From contig JAKQBO010000007.1 of the NCBI GenBank assembly GCA_029559515.1, positions 11,878-75,877 of the forward strand: DNA of 64,000 nt. Direction: 5' to 3'. Below are positions 48,796 to 58,276 of this stretch, one piece after another. The position numbers were made by a program, and so were the translations under genes. Position 1 is the first letter of the stretch. Every line of letters begins with the position of its first letter. The notes beneath the pieces are model-generated. The model made no database searches, was not told the DNA's origin, and worked only from the letters and a program-made list of their open reading frames with translations. Source of the stretch: a bacterium. Its GTDB lineage: Bacteria; Patescibacteriota; Minisyncoccia; Minisyncoccales; UBA1441.

Positions 48796-49605
48796 CAAGT
48801 TTCTCCCACATTTCTGTAGGCTCAGACTATATCTTCATCCTCCTGGTTATGACAGAAGGAGCCGACATATTATAGAGGCTTACATCTTCTCCTAAGAGAT
48901 TTCCCCTCTATAAGCGATATTATGTTATATCGACAAGTCGTTACGGGGACAAAAATAAAGGCTTAAAAAGAAAGAATTTCCGCAATATCTTTTCTCGTCT
49001 TATCCATTTTTTTCTTTCCAGACTGATAAGAGAGTCTCCTTGATCTCAGCAATGCATTCGCAATCTTCTTCTTCTCAGTGATTGTTAGCTGGTTTATGTT
49101 TTTCAGAACAAGAATATCTAACACTTGAGAAATAAGTTTCGCTTGTTCCTTTTTGAAGCGTAGATAAGGATAAAGAAGAATCAGAATTTCTCTAATTTGC
49201 TTATATCCATTAATCCTCAACTCGGTTATACCATCGCTTCGATGAGATATATATCCTATTTCTAAGACTTCTCTTATCCAGAAAAGCGGCTTCTCGTGCC
49301 TGATGTCCTGATAAAAACAAATCGTAAACATCAGTCTTCTCCCTCTAGACGAATCTTTTCGTTTCTTTACTTGAAAGAAAATACTGCCATCTCCGTCTAG
49401 AAATCCAGCTATGTATGCAAGATCAACTTTATTTTTTTGTCTTCCCACGGTATTGCCTTAATTTTCATATGGTCCTCAAGTAAATTGTACCAAAAAACTA
49501 TGGACCGACAAGTTTTTTAGTCGCTGCAACCATATAAAAAATGAAGGTTTCACCGTTATTAGTCGGGTTGTCATCACGGATTACTCCGTGAAGTAGCAAT
49601 TTCTT
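48796..49605 (-). mobile_element. intervening sequence 1 in 23S domain V (with group I hallmarks) carrying a homing endonuclease gene
   Basis: Joining the exons gives CCTAGT|ACGAGAGGACC, identical to the conserved 23S sequence. The flanking exon ends in U and the insert ends in G, as in group I introns. Length about 810 nt. Confidence 0.7.
48963..49448 (-). CDS. single-motif LAGLIDADG homing endonuclease, I-CreI-like
   Basis: LAYIAGFLDGDGSIFFQVK ... FTICFYQDIR ... LYPYLRFKKEQAKL closely parallels I-CreI as recalled (LLYLAGFVDGDGSIIAQIK ... LTFQVTQKTQ ... LQPFLKLKQKQANL). 161 aa versus 163 aa. Confidence 0.75.
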   Translation of the reverse strand: MGRQKNKVDLAYIAGFLDGDGSIFFQVKKRKDSSRGRRLMFTICFYQDIRHEKPLFWIREVLEIGYISHRSDGITELRINGYKQIREILILLYPYLRFKKEQAKLISQVLDILVLKNINQLTITEKKKIANALLRSRRLSYQSGKKKMDKTRKDIAEILSF

Positions 49606-50707
49606 ACTAGGAATGAGTCTCCTCAAGATTTAGCGCCTGCGGTAGATAGTGACCAACCTGTCTCACGCTAATTTACTTTTTACACCTGTCGCCAGGTGGT
49701 TCGGACTATACCACCATCCTTTCCTTTTAAGAAAGGAGACCGACGTATTATGGAGGTTTCTCCTCCATCCTCATGCGCAAGCATGAAAGTCTCTACGGGG
49801 TCGATATATGAACAACACACTTTCCGGACTTCCGAAGGAATCGATTATTCTCATAATTTCATTTAATTCCTTAGGTACATTAAGCACAAACTTTTTAGTT
49901 GTTTAGACATATACGACTTCCCTCGGTATTATCCTAATACGTGACAGGTTGCATCACAATTATTAGGACTTCACCGATATGAGTCGGTTTTTTCAATCCA
50001 CCTTACGGTGGAAAGCCGCCGTGTAAACTCGATGTCATGATTGTTGACGGTTTGAACCCAGCTCGCGTAAGATTTTAATCGGCGAACAGCCGAACCCTTG
50101 GAACCTTCTCCAGCTCCAGGATATCTTGAGCCGACATCGAGGTGTCGAACAGGGCCGTAGATATGGACTCGTGGGCCCTACTAACCTGTTATCCCCGGGG
50201 TAGCTTTTATCTGATGATCTTCCGTAGTTCTACAAATTACGGTCGGTTCACTAAGCTCCTCTTTCGAGACTGCGCGGCATAGCCGCCTTGCAGTAAAGCC
50301 AGCTTATGGCTTTGCCCTATCGCTTCGATTTCCATCCGAAGCTAGCTGACCTTTAGGCGCCTCCGCTACCATTTAGGAGGCGAGCGCCCCACTCAAACTA
50401 ACCCCCAAACAATGTCCCGGCCGTTTTTGAGGCGGCTCGGTTAGAACTAGAACTATAACAGGGTGGTGTTTCATTGGCGACTCCACCTAACCCTAAAGTC
50501 AGGTTTCAAAGTCTCCCACCTACGCTACGCAGCTATAACCCTAGGCCAATATCTGGTTATAGTAAAGCTCCCGGGGTCTTTCCGTCTAGCCGCAGGTAAC
50601 CGGCATCTTCACCGGTACTGCATTTTCACCGGGCATCTCGTTGAGACAGTTCTCCGGTCGTTACGCCTTTCATGCGGGCCTGAACTTACCAGGCAAGGGA
50701 TTACGCT

Positions 50708-51438
50708 CAATCTGTTACTTATGTGACCTGTTTTAGATAAAAACAGGCGGCAAAGACATTTAAGACTTCGCTCTCCATGTCGCCATGGAGGTCGGACCAT
50801 ATCTTCTCTAGCTTAAAACTAGAGTCCGGCGTATGGCCTCTGAGGATTTCGATCCTACCGGAACTTCCTTGTGTTCATCTTTGTTGTTAGTGTCTGAATT
50901 TTTTCCAGCCCCTTTTTGTTAAGGTGCTCTCCTTTGTCCATCATTCTAACGATACGAGCAAAGTATTGGAAGTTCTTTTTCTTGGTAGTTTTGAGTGGAT
51001 GGGACTCAAAAAAAGGAATTATTTTTTTGAGCAAATCTTGGCGATTTCTGACAACGTATTTCGCTAAATGATAGTGGTGATTATCGTATCGCTTATTGAG
51101 ATAGATGCCACCACAACCAAAGAATTCATGAATTTTCTCCAGAGCCTCCTTGCTTTCAATGCTCTGTGTAATTACAAACTCCGGAAATACCTGCCACTTT
51201 AATCGCAATCTAGATTTAGGATGTTTAAAAAAACTTACTGTAAAACATCCTTCTCCATCGACAAAACCAACAATCCATCCGGTAAAAACCGATCTTTCCT
51301 GCTGATTGTCTGCACCAGACACATTGTCACTCTGCATATTGTTAAAGTCTAGGTTGACCTTAACACATTATGACAGAGTAGTGCTGGATACACCAGACTT
51401 TCCAGCATATAGCCGGATTTTACTAAAGCAGTGTTCCT
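50708..51438 (-). mobile_element. intervening sequence 2 in 23S domain IV (with group I hallmarks) carrying a homing endonuclease gene
   Basis: Joining the exons gives ...CCGTGTTAAAGT|AGCGTAATCCC, matching the conserved GGTCCTAAGGT|AGCGAAATTCC region. The flanking exon ends in U and the insert ends in G. Length about 731 nt. Confidence 0.65.
50855..51337 (-). CDS. single-motif LAGLIDADG homing endonuclease
   Basis: GWIVGFVDGEGCF motif; 160 aa; lies entirely inside the second 23S insertion on the rRNA-sense strand. Confidence 0.75.
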   Translation of the reverse strand: MQSDNVSGADNQQERSVFTGWIVGFVDGEGCFTVSFFKHPKSRLRLKWQVFPEFVITQSIESKEALEKIHEFFGCGGIYLNKRYDNHHYHLAKYVVRNRQDLLKKIIPFFESHPLKTTKKKNFQYFARIVRMMDKGEHLNKKGLEKIQTLTTKMNTRKFR

Positions 51439-52847
51439 ACTTTAACACGGTCAGAGTTACCGCGGACGTTTACCGGGGCTTCGCTCAGTCAGCCCAATTC
51501 CAAAGAATCAGACCGCCAAGGTTAACCTTACGGCACTGGTCAGGCGTCAGCCTCTATACATCCTCTTACGAGTTCGCAGAGACTTGTGTTTTTGATAAAC
51601 AGTCGCCAGAGATTCGTTCGCTGCGCCCCAGGCGAACCTGGGGAGTCCTTATCGCAAACTTACGGACACTGTTTTGCCGAGTTCCTTAACGAGATTTTAC
51701 CCGTTCACCTTAGCACTTTTATGCCCACCCACCTGTGTCGGTTTTCGGTACGGAGCCTATTGGGAACGTCACTGAAACTTTTCCGGGAAGAGTGCTGGCC
51801 GGAATTTCCCTCCCCGAGAGGAAAGATTTCGGTTGACCTTGGATTGCTCCTTAGCCCGCCGACCCAAATCCAATAATGGGATCCGGTTACTACTCTTCGT
51901 CATCTCAGCACTACCCAATAGGCGGGCTGGAATATTAACCAGCTGTCCATCGACTACCCCTTTCGGGTTGGCCTTAGGCCCGCCTAACCCTTGGATGATT
52001 GCCATTGCCAAGGAAACCTTAGGTTTTCGGTGCTCAGGGCTCTCACCTGAGTTGCGGTTACTCGTGCCAACATTCTCACTTCCCCCCGCTCCACCGTTGC
52101 TTCCGCAACGACTTCGACGCTGGAGGAACGCTCCTCTACCAGCTAACTCAAAAGAGTTAACTCCATGTCTTCGGTATTAGGCTTAGGCCCGTAAATTTTC
52201 GGCGCGGAACTTCTTAGCTGGTAAGCTATTACGCACTTTTTAAAGGATTGCTGCTTCTAAGCAAACCTTCCAGGTATCTGAGAAATTCCACTTCCTTGAT
52301 ACACTTAGCCTAATTTTGGGACCTTAGACGATGGTCTGGGTTGTTTCCCTTTTGCCCATGGACCTTAGCGCCCACAGACTGACTGCCCGACTCAAACGCT
52401 CCGGGAATTCGGAGTTTGGTTAAACAGGGCGGGACGAACCCAACCAAGTCTATCCAGTGCTCTACCTCCCGGGCGAAGCATCGGACGCTAGCCCTAAAGC
52501 TATTTCGAGGAGAACCAGCTATTCCCAGGCTCGATTGACTTTTCACCGCTTGCCACAGCTCATCCCAGAGTTTTGCTACACTCACGGGTTCGGACCTCCA
52601 CGCGTGCTTCCACGCGCTTCATCCTGGCCATGGCAGGATCGCCTGGCTTCGGGTCTTACTCAAGCCGCTAGGCGGGCTATTAACCCTCGCTTTCACTACG
52701 CCTCTCGGGGAGACCCCGATTAAACTTGCGACTTAAATAAACTCGTTGGCTCGTTCTGCAAAAAGCACCCCGTCACGGCTTAAAAGCCGCTCCGAGTCCT
52801 TGTGAGCATGATGGTTTCAGGTCTATTTCAACGCCCTCACCGGGCTG

Positions 52848-52886
<39 letters not shown>

Positions 52887-53380
52887 GATATTGAGTATTT
52901 AGCCTTTCCCGGTAGTCCGGGATAATTCCCGCTGGGTTTTCTGTCCCAACGGTACTCAGGAAAGAACCAGAAATTTGATCGTTTTCGTCTACGGGGCTAT
53001 CACCCTCTGTGGCCCACTCTTTCCAGAACGGTTCGACTAACGATCGTCGTTTCTTTTATGGATCTCCCTACGACCCTCTTGGTGGAGCAAGGCTCCGCCA
53101 AAAGTTTAGGCACGCTCCTTTTCGCTCGCCGCTACTAAGGAGTTCTCTTACGATTTCTCTTCCTCCGCTTACTGAGATGTTTCACTTCAGCGGGTTCGCC
53201 GCCTCTAAAAGAGGCTGTTCCGGGTTAAGCCGGAACGGGTACTCCCATTCGGAGATCTCCGGATCAAAGGTTGCTACACACCTCCCCGAAGCTTATCGCA
53301 GCTACGCCACGTCCTTCATCGCCTCAATATCCCAAGGCATCCACCATCTGCTCTTAAAGTAACCTTCTTCATAAAAATGC

Positions 53381-53408
53381 TTTCTAAACTGACTAGCAAT
53401 TAATAGTT
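53381..53408 (-). repeat. 5' arm of the 23S processing-stem inverted repeat
   Basis: ctgactagcaattaatagttgctaaag is the reverse complement of 48532-48558, with two mismatches. Confidence 0.65.
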
Positions 53409-53470
53409 GCTAAAGCTATTAATTACATTATTAAATTGTCAAGAACTTTTCAAAGAAAAAGCCGCTATTG

Positions 53471-53520
53471 AAAGCGACTCGTCAACCAGGCAATAAACAG
53501 CGTACTCTCTTAGTCGCTTT
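53471..53520 (-). other. hairpin in the 23S leader (AAAGCGACU ... AGUCGCUUU; 9-bp stem, 32-nt loop)
   Basis: Perfect 9-bp inverted repeat. The AGUCGCUUUG motif also occurs in the 16S processing-stem arms. Confidence 0.45.
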
Positions 53521-53545
53521 GGATAAATCTGATTGTTAATGGCTT
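53521..53545 (-). promoter_or_regulatory. boxA-like antitermination element in the 23S leader
   Basis: rRNA-sense GCCATTAACAATCAGATTTATCC resembles the E. coli rrn boxA GCTCTTTAACAATTTATCA. Confidence 0.4.
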
Positions 53546-53560
53546 TTCCATACGCAAGTA

Positions 53561-53588
53561 AGTTTAGCAAAAGTTAAAATTTTGTCAA
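53561..53588 (-). promoter_or_regulatory. candidate promoter for the 23S-5S transcript (TTGACA-16nt-TAAACT)
   Basis: Minus-strand TTGACA (plus coordinates 53583-53588) and TAAACT (53561-53566), about 200 nt upstream of the 23S 5' end and just downstream of a terminator. Confidence 0.4.
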
Positions 53589-53591
53589 CTG

Positions 53592-53629
53592 GCTGAAAAA
53601 CAAAAGCGAACCGCTGGAGCAGTTCGCTT
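53592..53629 (-). terminator. intrinsic terminator (minus strand) ending the murC / small-ORF transcript
   Basis: 8-bp stem aagcgaac/gttcgctt with a 10-nt loop, followed on the minus strand by TTGTTTTTC. Confidence 0.55.
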
Positions 53630-53695
53630 CTGCCGACTGATGATTAGGCTCAAGCCAGATCCTCAGTCTTTCTTAAATCAAAAAATTACTGTTGA

Positions 53696-53851
53696 GACTG
53701 GTTTTCCTTGCTCTGAAAGCCTTCCGGCTTATGCGGACTCTCTCCGGTCCCGGAGCCTCCATTTTTCTTTTTCTTTCCCATCCAGAACCAAAGCACGAGC
53801 ACAATAAGTAGAAGGATAACAAGCCAAATATAAAAACTCATATTAAAAATT
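53696..53851 (-). CDS. possible 51-aa single-pass membrane mini-protein (below the ORF-track cutoff)
   Basis: ATG ... MSFYIWLVILLLIVLVLWFWMGKKKK ... stop. It has a hydrophobic helix then a basic/polar tail, and a terminator 60 nt downstream. Confidence 0.3.
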
Positions 53852-53996
53852 AATTTTAATTAACTTGAGCTTCTTCCGATAGCTAGGCAACCCGCTATGC
53901 ATAGAAGATGCTTCTTTGGTCTAAACGACGATAAGATTATCGACGCCTCCAACCCTCTGCCTAGATATTAGCATACTCTCCTCTCTCTGCCAATAG

Positions 53997-55328
53997 TCAA
54001 GGGTCAAGTTTAACCGCCCACTGATAAATGTCGCCGGCGCCAACAGCCACCACAATATCATCTTTCGCCAGCTCCTGGCTCAGCTTCTGCGAAAGCTGGC
54101 CAAAGGGCCAATATAAGGTATTGTCTCGGCCAATAGCCTGAACCATCTTTTCAGCATTAACTTTTCGGCTTAAGCTGGCCCGTTCTCGACCCGGCACATC
54201 ATAAATATCAGTGATGATAACTCGATAATCATTCCGCCCCTCTTTACCGTTTTGAAAGGCTTCAACAAAGCGATCGAAAAAATAGAAAACCCGTTGATAC
54301 TGGTGGGGCTGAAAGATAAACCAGATCCGCCGGTTTTCAAATCTTTCTTCCAGAGCTTGAAACAGCGCCTTAACTTCAGTCGGATGATGGGCATAATCAT
54401 GAATCAGTGTAAAAGTTGTCTTGTCTAGCTTCCCTCGGCGCTGGTCAAAGCGGCGCCAACAACAGTAGTAATGGCTTATTGCCTTATAAGAAACTTCATC
54501 CGATACTCCCAGCGCTCGGGCTGCCGTCAAGGCGGCCAGGGCATTGCTGATATTATGCCGACCGGGCACCTTGATTACCCGCGCTATCTTTTCGGCCTCT
54601 TGCTGATTCAAAGAAAAAGGCGCCTTGTTTTTGATCCGAACCCGGCTCAGCAAATGAATAATATTTCTATCGTCTTGATTGAAGACCAAAGTTCCTTCCG
54701 GGGAAAGCCGACCCAGATATTCCTGATAGGTGTCAACGATATGGTCGAGATCCCGATAGTAATCGAGATGGTCTTCCTCAATATTAGTTAAAACAATCAT
54801 CTCCGGATGGTAGTTCAGAAACGAACCCTGCCATTCGTCAGCTTCAATAATAAAATATCGACTTCGACCTAAGCGGAAATTGCTGTTGCCGAAAGCCTTT
54901 AGCTTGGTGCCGATAATAACTGTTGGGTCTAATCCCGCTTCGACTAGAATCAGAGAGAGCATTGAAACAGTGGTGCTTTTGCCGTGAGTTCCGGAAACAG
55001 TTACCGTAAAATGGTCCCGAGTTACCTGGCCCAAGGCCTGAGCATAGGTTAAAATCGGCAAGGCTCTCTTCTTTTCTATTAATCTTGCCTGTTGCAGCTC
55101 TGGATTATCATCTTGGACGGCGGCGCTATAAATAACCATTCCGACGTCTTTAGGAACATGACTGGCCTGGTGCCGGCCAGTTTTAATCTTAGCGCCTAAT
55201 TTTTTCAAATCCTCAATAATTTCTGTCTGGCCCAGATCCGATCCGGTTATCTCGTCACCTCGGGCCAAATAGTATCGGGCTAAGGCTGAAACGCCGATCC
55301 CGCCAATACCAATGCAGTGTATCTTCAT
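53997..55328 (-). CDS. murC: UDP-N-acetylmuramate--L-alanine ligase
   Basis: N-terminal IHCIGIGGIGVSALA and a Mur ligase P-loop GTHGKSTT. Confidence 0.85.
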   Translation of the reverse strand: MKIHCIGIGGIGVSALARYYLARGDEITGSDLGQTEIIEDLKKLGAKIKTGRHQASHVPKDVGMVIYSAAVQDDNPELQQARLIEKKRALPILTYAQALGQVTRDHFTVTVSGTHGKSTTVSMLSLILVEAGLDPTVIIGTKLKAFGNSNFRLGRSRYFIIEADEWQGSFLNYHPEMIVLTNIEEDHLDYYRDLDHIVDTYQEYLGRLSPEGTLVFNQDDRNIIHLLSRVRIKNKAPFSLNQQEAEKIARVIKVPGRHNISNALAALTAARALGVSDEVSYKAISHYYCCWRRFDQRRGKLDKTTFTLIHDYAHHPTEVKALFQALEERFENRRIWFIFQPHQYQRVFYFFDRFVEAFQNGKEGRNDYRVIITDIYDVPGRERASLSRKVNAEKMVQAIGRDNTLYWPFGQLSQKLSQELAKDDIVVAVGAGDIYQWAVKLDP

Positions 55329-55897
55329 AATGATTTTAAAGGAATTGTTTCTATGACAAAATACTTCGGCGGCCGGCCAGGAGAAAGTTTACTTTCCATA
55401 ATTAATATTTCATTTACCATCACCTGCCTGTCAAGGTCTTCTTTAATCGGCTCTCGCGCTTCAGCTTCCAGCTTAGCCCACTCCCACTTCTTCACTCGTC
55501 CTAAAGTAACATGAATCTTGGCGTCTCTGGATTGGTCCGGCAAATAATAAAGGTTTTCGGCCCGAAGGCGCTGGTCAATCTCCTCTTTCAGCTTATTAAA
55601 TTCTTGGTTCTCCTCGCCTGTCAGCCAAACCAGGCGAGGCGGCAAAGAATCATCTGGCCCATATCTAACCTGGCCGAAATTAAGAGTAAAAGGCTGGTGT
55701 TTTTTCGCCACTCTTTCAACTTCTCTGATTATTTGATAAACATTTTCTGATTGCACCGCACCTAAGAAGAGGACGGTCACATGAAGATTATCTGCCTGGA
55801 CCCAGCTAACTGGTAAATGATAACGATCCTGAATCTGGATTAGTTGCGACCGAAAATCCTCTGGCAAGGCGATAGCAATGAATATCCTTTGAATCAT
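55325..55897 (-). CDS. thpR: RNA 2',3'-cyclic phosphodiesterase / 2'-5' RNA ligase (2H family, ThpR/LigT)
   Basis: Two H-x-T-x motifs (LHVTVLFLG and IHVTLGRV). Confidence 0.75.
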   Translation of the reverse strand: MIQRIFIAIALPEDFRSQLIQIQDRYHLPVSWVQADNLHVTVLFLGAVQSENVYQIIREVERVAKKHQPFTLNFGQVRYGPDDSLPPRLVWLTGEENQEFNKLKEEIDQRLRAENLYYLPDQSRDAKIHVTLGRVKKWEWAKLEAEAREPIKEDLDRQVMVNEILIMESKLSPGRPPKYFVIETIPLKSL

Positions 55898-55959
55898 GTT
55901 CCAAGATATTCTAGCATATTATAGCCAGAAGGTTAATTTTCGGTTAGAATAAACAGGCT

Positions 55960-56406
55960 ATGGCATCCAGTAAAAAATCCAAAAGAGAAGTTCCCGAAAC
56001 CGACATCCAGAAAGTAGTCAACCACTACTTTTATACTCGGGGCTTGTCGCTTGATGAAATCAAAGAAAGTGCTCGAAAGAAAAAGATAATCTACGGTCGC
56101 TATACTCGAGCCGCCAAAGAGATTCTGGAGTTGGCTGGTTCGGTCGATAAAGCCCGTCAAGCTATTACCACTGTCGCCGAGTGGGCTAAGTCAAGAAATT
56201 TAGAATACAGCCTGGAGACAGTCGCCAAGAAGTGGCTCGAGCTTGACCGGCTCAAGCCGAGAGAAGTTATCAAGAAGCCTTTTTATAGAAACATGCCTCT
56301 GGTCTGGAGCAACGCCAAAGGCAAATGGTATGCCATTAACGATGATGGCGAGTGGCTGGAATTTGTCGGCCAAGAAGAAGAAATCGAATGGAAAGTCGTT
56401 GACTAG
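55960..56406 (+). CDS. hypothetical protein
   Basis: 148-aa ORF, basic N-terminus, no recognised motif; its orientation differs from both neighbours. Confidence 0.4.
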   Translation: MASSKKSKREVPETDIQKVVNHYFYTRGLSLDEIKESARKKKIIYGRYTRAAKEILELAGSVDKARQAITTVAEWAKSRNLEYSLETVAKKWLELDRLKPREVIKKPFYRNMPLVWSNAKGKWYAINDDGEWLEFVGQEEEIEWKVVD

Positions 56407-57263
56407 TATCCCAGACATTCATTGAATTCAGCCACTTGATTGTTGTAATCGCTGATAATAGCTGACGTCTCCTGAGCCAGGCTATTGTATTTCTGAACTA
56501 ATAAATTATAGGCGTCGACCAATTCGGAATAATCATCGCCTCGACGAGGGTGAATATTGTTTAGCGTTTCTTTAATCTCTGCAATCTGAAGATATTTTTC
56601 TTCCAGCAGAATTTTGTTTTCGTTAATTGATAGGCGAAGCGCCTCATCCGGGATCGGACAGGCTGAGGCGGGCAGACCGAAAACCTGAACCGCTAACCAA
56701 ACTGTTCTGCCTTCAAATGTATCTAGCTTGGTCGCCAGGCCAATCTCTTGGTATTGCTGATGAAGAATATTTTCACGGTGTCCCGGGCTGTCCATCCAGC
56801 CCTGAATCAGTTGCTCTTCGCTCTGAAAATTGCCGAGGGCTAGGTTTTCTCCGATGACAATAAAATCATAACCGACCTGTTTAGCCCAAGAGTCTATCCC
56901 TTGTCCATCAGGCGAATCGTGAGCAAAATATTGGCGCTGGAACATGTCTTCAACTTTCAAACGAGCCGCCTCGTCCAATAAGCTGTTTCTGATAAGTGGC
57001 GCTAAGCCTTCAGCGGCTCTCCTTTCGTTCCCTGTTGCCCAGATTATATCTGGATCAAGAAAGCTAACTGCCGATTCCTGAGTATTTTCCAGGGTTAAGG
57101 GCGGAGGAGCTGTAATCTGATCTTGAACCTGAACGGGATTAATAAAGTCCCCCAGCTCAATTAATGAGTCTAAGTGACCAGACCAGTTAATCTGATCAAA
57201 GTTCCACCAAACTAAAAATACCGTCGCCACAAAAACAAAAAAGATGAAAATCTTTCTTATCAT
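56403..57263 (-). CDS. membrane-anchored CAP/SCP (PR-1-like, YkwD-type) domain protein
   Basis: N-terminal transmembrane anchor, a CAP-like GENLA.G ... W ... SPGHRENIL ... Y ... IG core, and a C-terminal coiled-coil. Confidence 0.55.
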   Translation of the reverse strand: MIRKIFIFFVFVATVFLVWWNFDQINWSGHLDSLIELGDFINPVQVQDQITAPPPLTLENTQESAVSFLDPDIIWATGNERRAAEGLAPLIRNSLLDEAARLKVEDMFQRQYFAHDSPDGQGIDSWAKQVGYDFIVIGENLALGNFQSEEQLIQGWMDSPGHRENILHQQYQEIGLATKLDTFEGRTVWLAVQVFGLPASACPIPDEALRLSINENKILLEEKYLQIAEIKETLNNIHPRRGDDYSELVDAYNLLVQKYNSLAQETSAIISDYNNQVAEFNECLGY

Positions 57264-57349
57264 TTATGTTAGTTTTAATAAAATCATAATAGGCGCAAAT
57301 AAAACTGATTTTCGGGAGAAAACGACTGATTGGCCGTCTCTTTTTTTAA

Positions 57350-58045
57350 TCAACGGCCAAACCTTCTCGATCTCTGCCGATAATCATCCAGGGCGGTTTC
57401 CAGGTCGCCTTTATTGAAGTCCGGCCAATATTTGGATAGAAAATAAAGTTCGCTGTAAATTGACTGCCAAGTCAAAAAACCAGACAATCGCTGTTCCCCG
57501 CTGGTTCGAATAATCATATCCGGATCAGGTAGTCCGGCTGTCCAAAGGCTCCGGCTAACTAAATCTTCATTAATTTCACCAGCCTTCTTGCCCTGCTTAA
57601 TTATTTGACGAAAGGCTTCAACAATTTCACTCCGTCCATTGTAGTTTAGAGCCAGAGTTAGTATCAGTTTATTGTTACTTCGAGTCTTCTCCTCGGCTTC
57701 TTTGATCCGGCGCTGTATTTGCGCAGACAAACCCGGCCGATCCCCCGCAACCCTAATCTGGATATCTTCTTCCAGAGCCCATTTAACCTCTCGGGAGAAT
57801 AGCTTGATTGCTAGTTTTACCAAGTAATCAATTTCCTTCTCTGAGCGCTTCCAGTTATCCCGAGAGAAGGCAAAAATAGTTAAATATTCTATCCCAAAAT
57901 CACGGCACCAGACCGCCGTTTTCTTTAGGACCCTGAAACCGGCCTGATGCCCCTCAAGGATCGGCCGGCCGCGTTCCCGAGCCCACCGACGATTGCCATC
58001 CGGAATAATAGCCAGATGTTTTAATGAAGGTGTTTTTTTATCCAT
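57350..58045 (-). CDS. uppS: isoprenyl transferase (undecaprenyl pyrophosphate synthase)
   Basis: HLAIIPDGNRRWA and FAFSRDNWKR motifs. Confidence 0.85.
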   Translation of the reverse strand: MDKKTPSLKHLAIIPDGNRRWARERGRPILEGHQAGFRVLKKTAVWCRDFGIEYLTIFAFSRDNWKRSEKEIDYLVKLAIKLFSREVKWALEEDIQIRVAGDRPGLSAQIQRRIKEAEEKTRSNNKLILTLALNYNGRSEIVEAFRQIIKQGKKAGEINEDLVSRSLWTAGLPDPDMIIRTSGEQRLSGFLTWQSIYSELYFLSKYWPDFNKGDLETALDDYRQRSRRFGR

Positions 58046-58070
58046 GCCATTGTCTTAAAGGCTAAGATCC

Positions 58071-58274
58071 TCATTTCGATCTTTGCTGATAGTCCCGGAT
58101 AAAATTATCAATCGAGCGATCATATGTTTTCTCAGCTTCGGCTGAGAAGCAACAACCCGGGAGCTCGCCTTTCGCGAGATGATGCTTCAGGCAGAGACAG
58201 CAGACTCCTCGCCGACTACAGCTGGTCCAGGTACAAGGACAATCTTTGGAGTTTTCTTCGCGAGCGCACTCCAT
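58071..58274 (-). CDS. small cysteine-rich protein (9 Cys in 67 aa)
   Basis: DCPCTWTSCSRRGVCCLCLKHH ... PGCCF; a probable metal-binding mini-protein. Confidence 0.45.
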   Translation of the reverse strand: MECAREENSKDCPCTWTSCSRRGVCCLCLKHHLAKGELPGCCFSAEAEKTYDRSIDNFIRDYQQRSK

Positions 58275-58276
58275 GG

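Noticed and set aside
49561-49580. A plus-strand 18-nt stretch (gtcgggttgtcatcacgg) inside 23S insertion 1 that resembles sense-strand 23S (GTTCGGGTTGTCATGCC) although the 23S is on the minus strand
   Set aside because: It is short, and the genuine exon copy is present at 48740-48770 on the minus strand. It is probably chance similarity or intron-internal pairing sequence, and cannot be supported further by eye.
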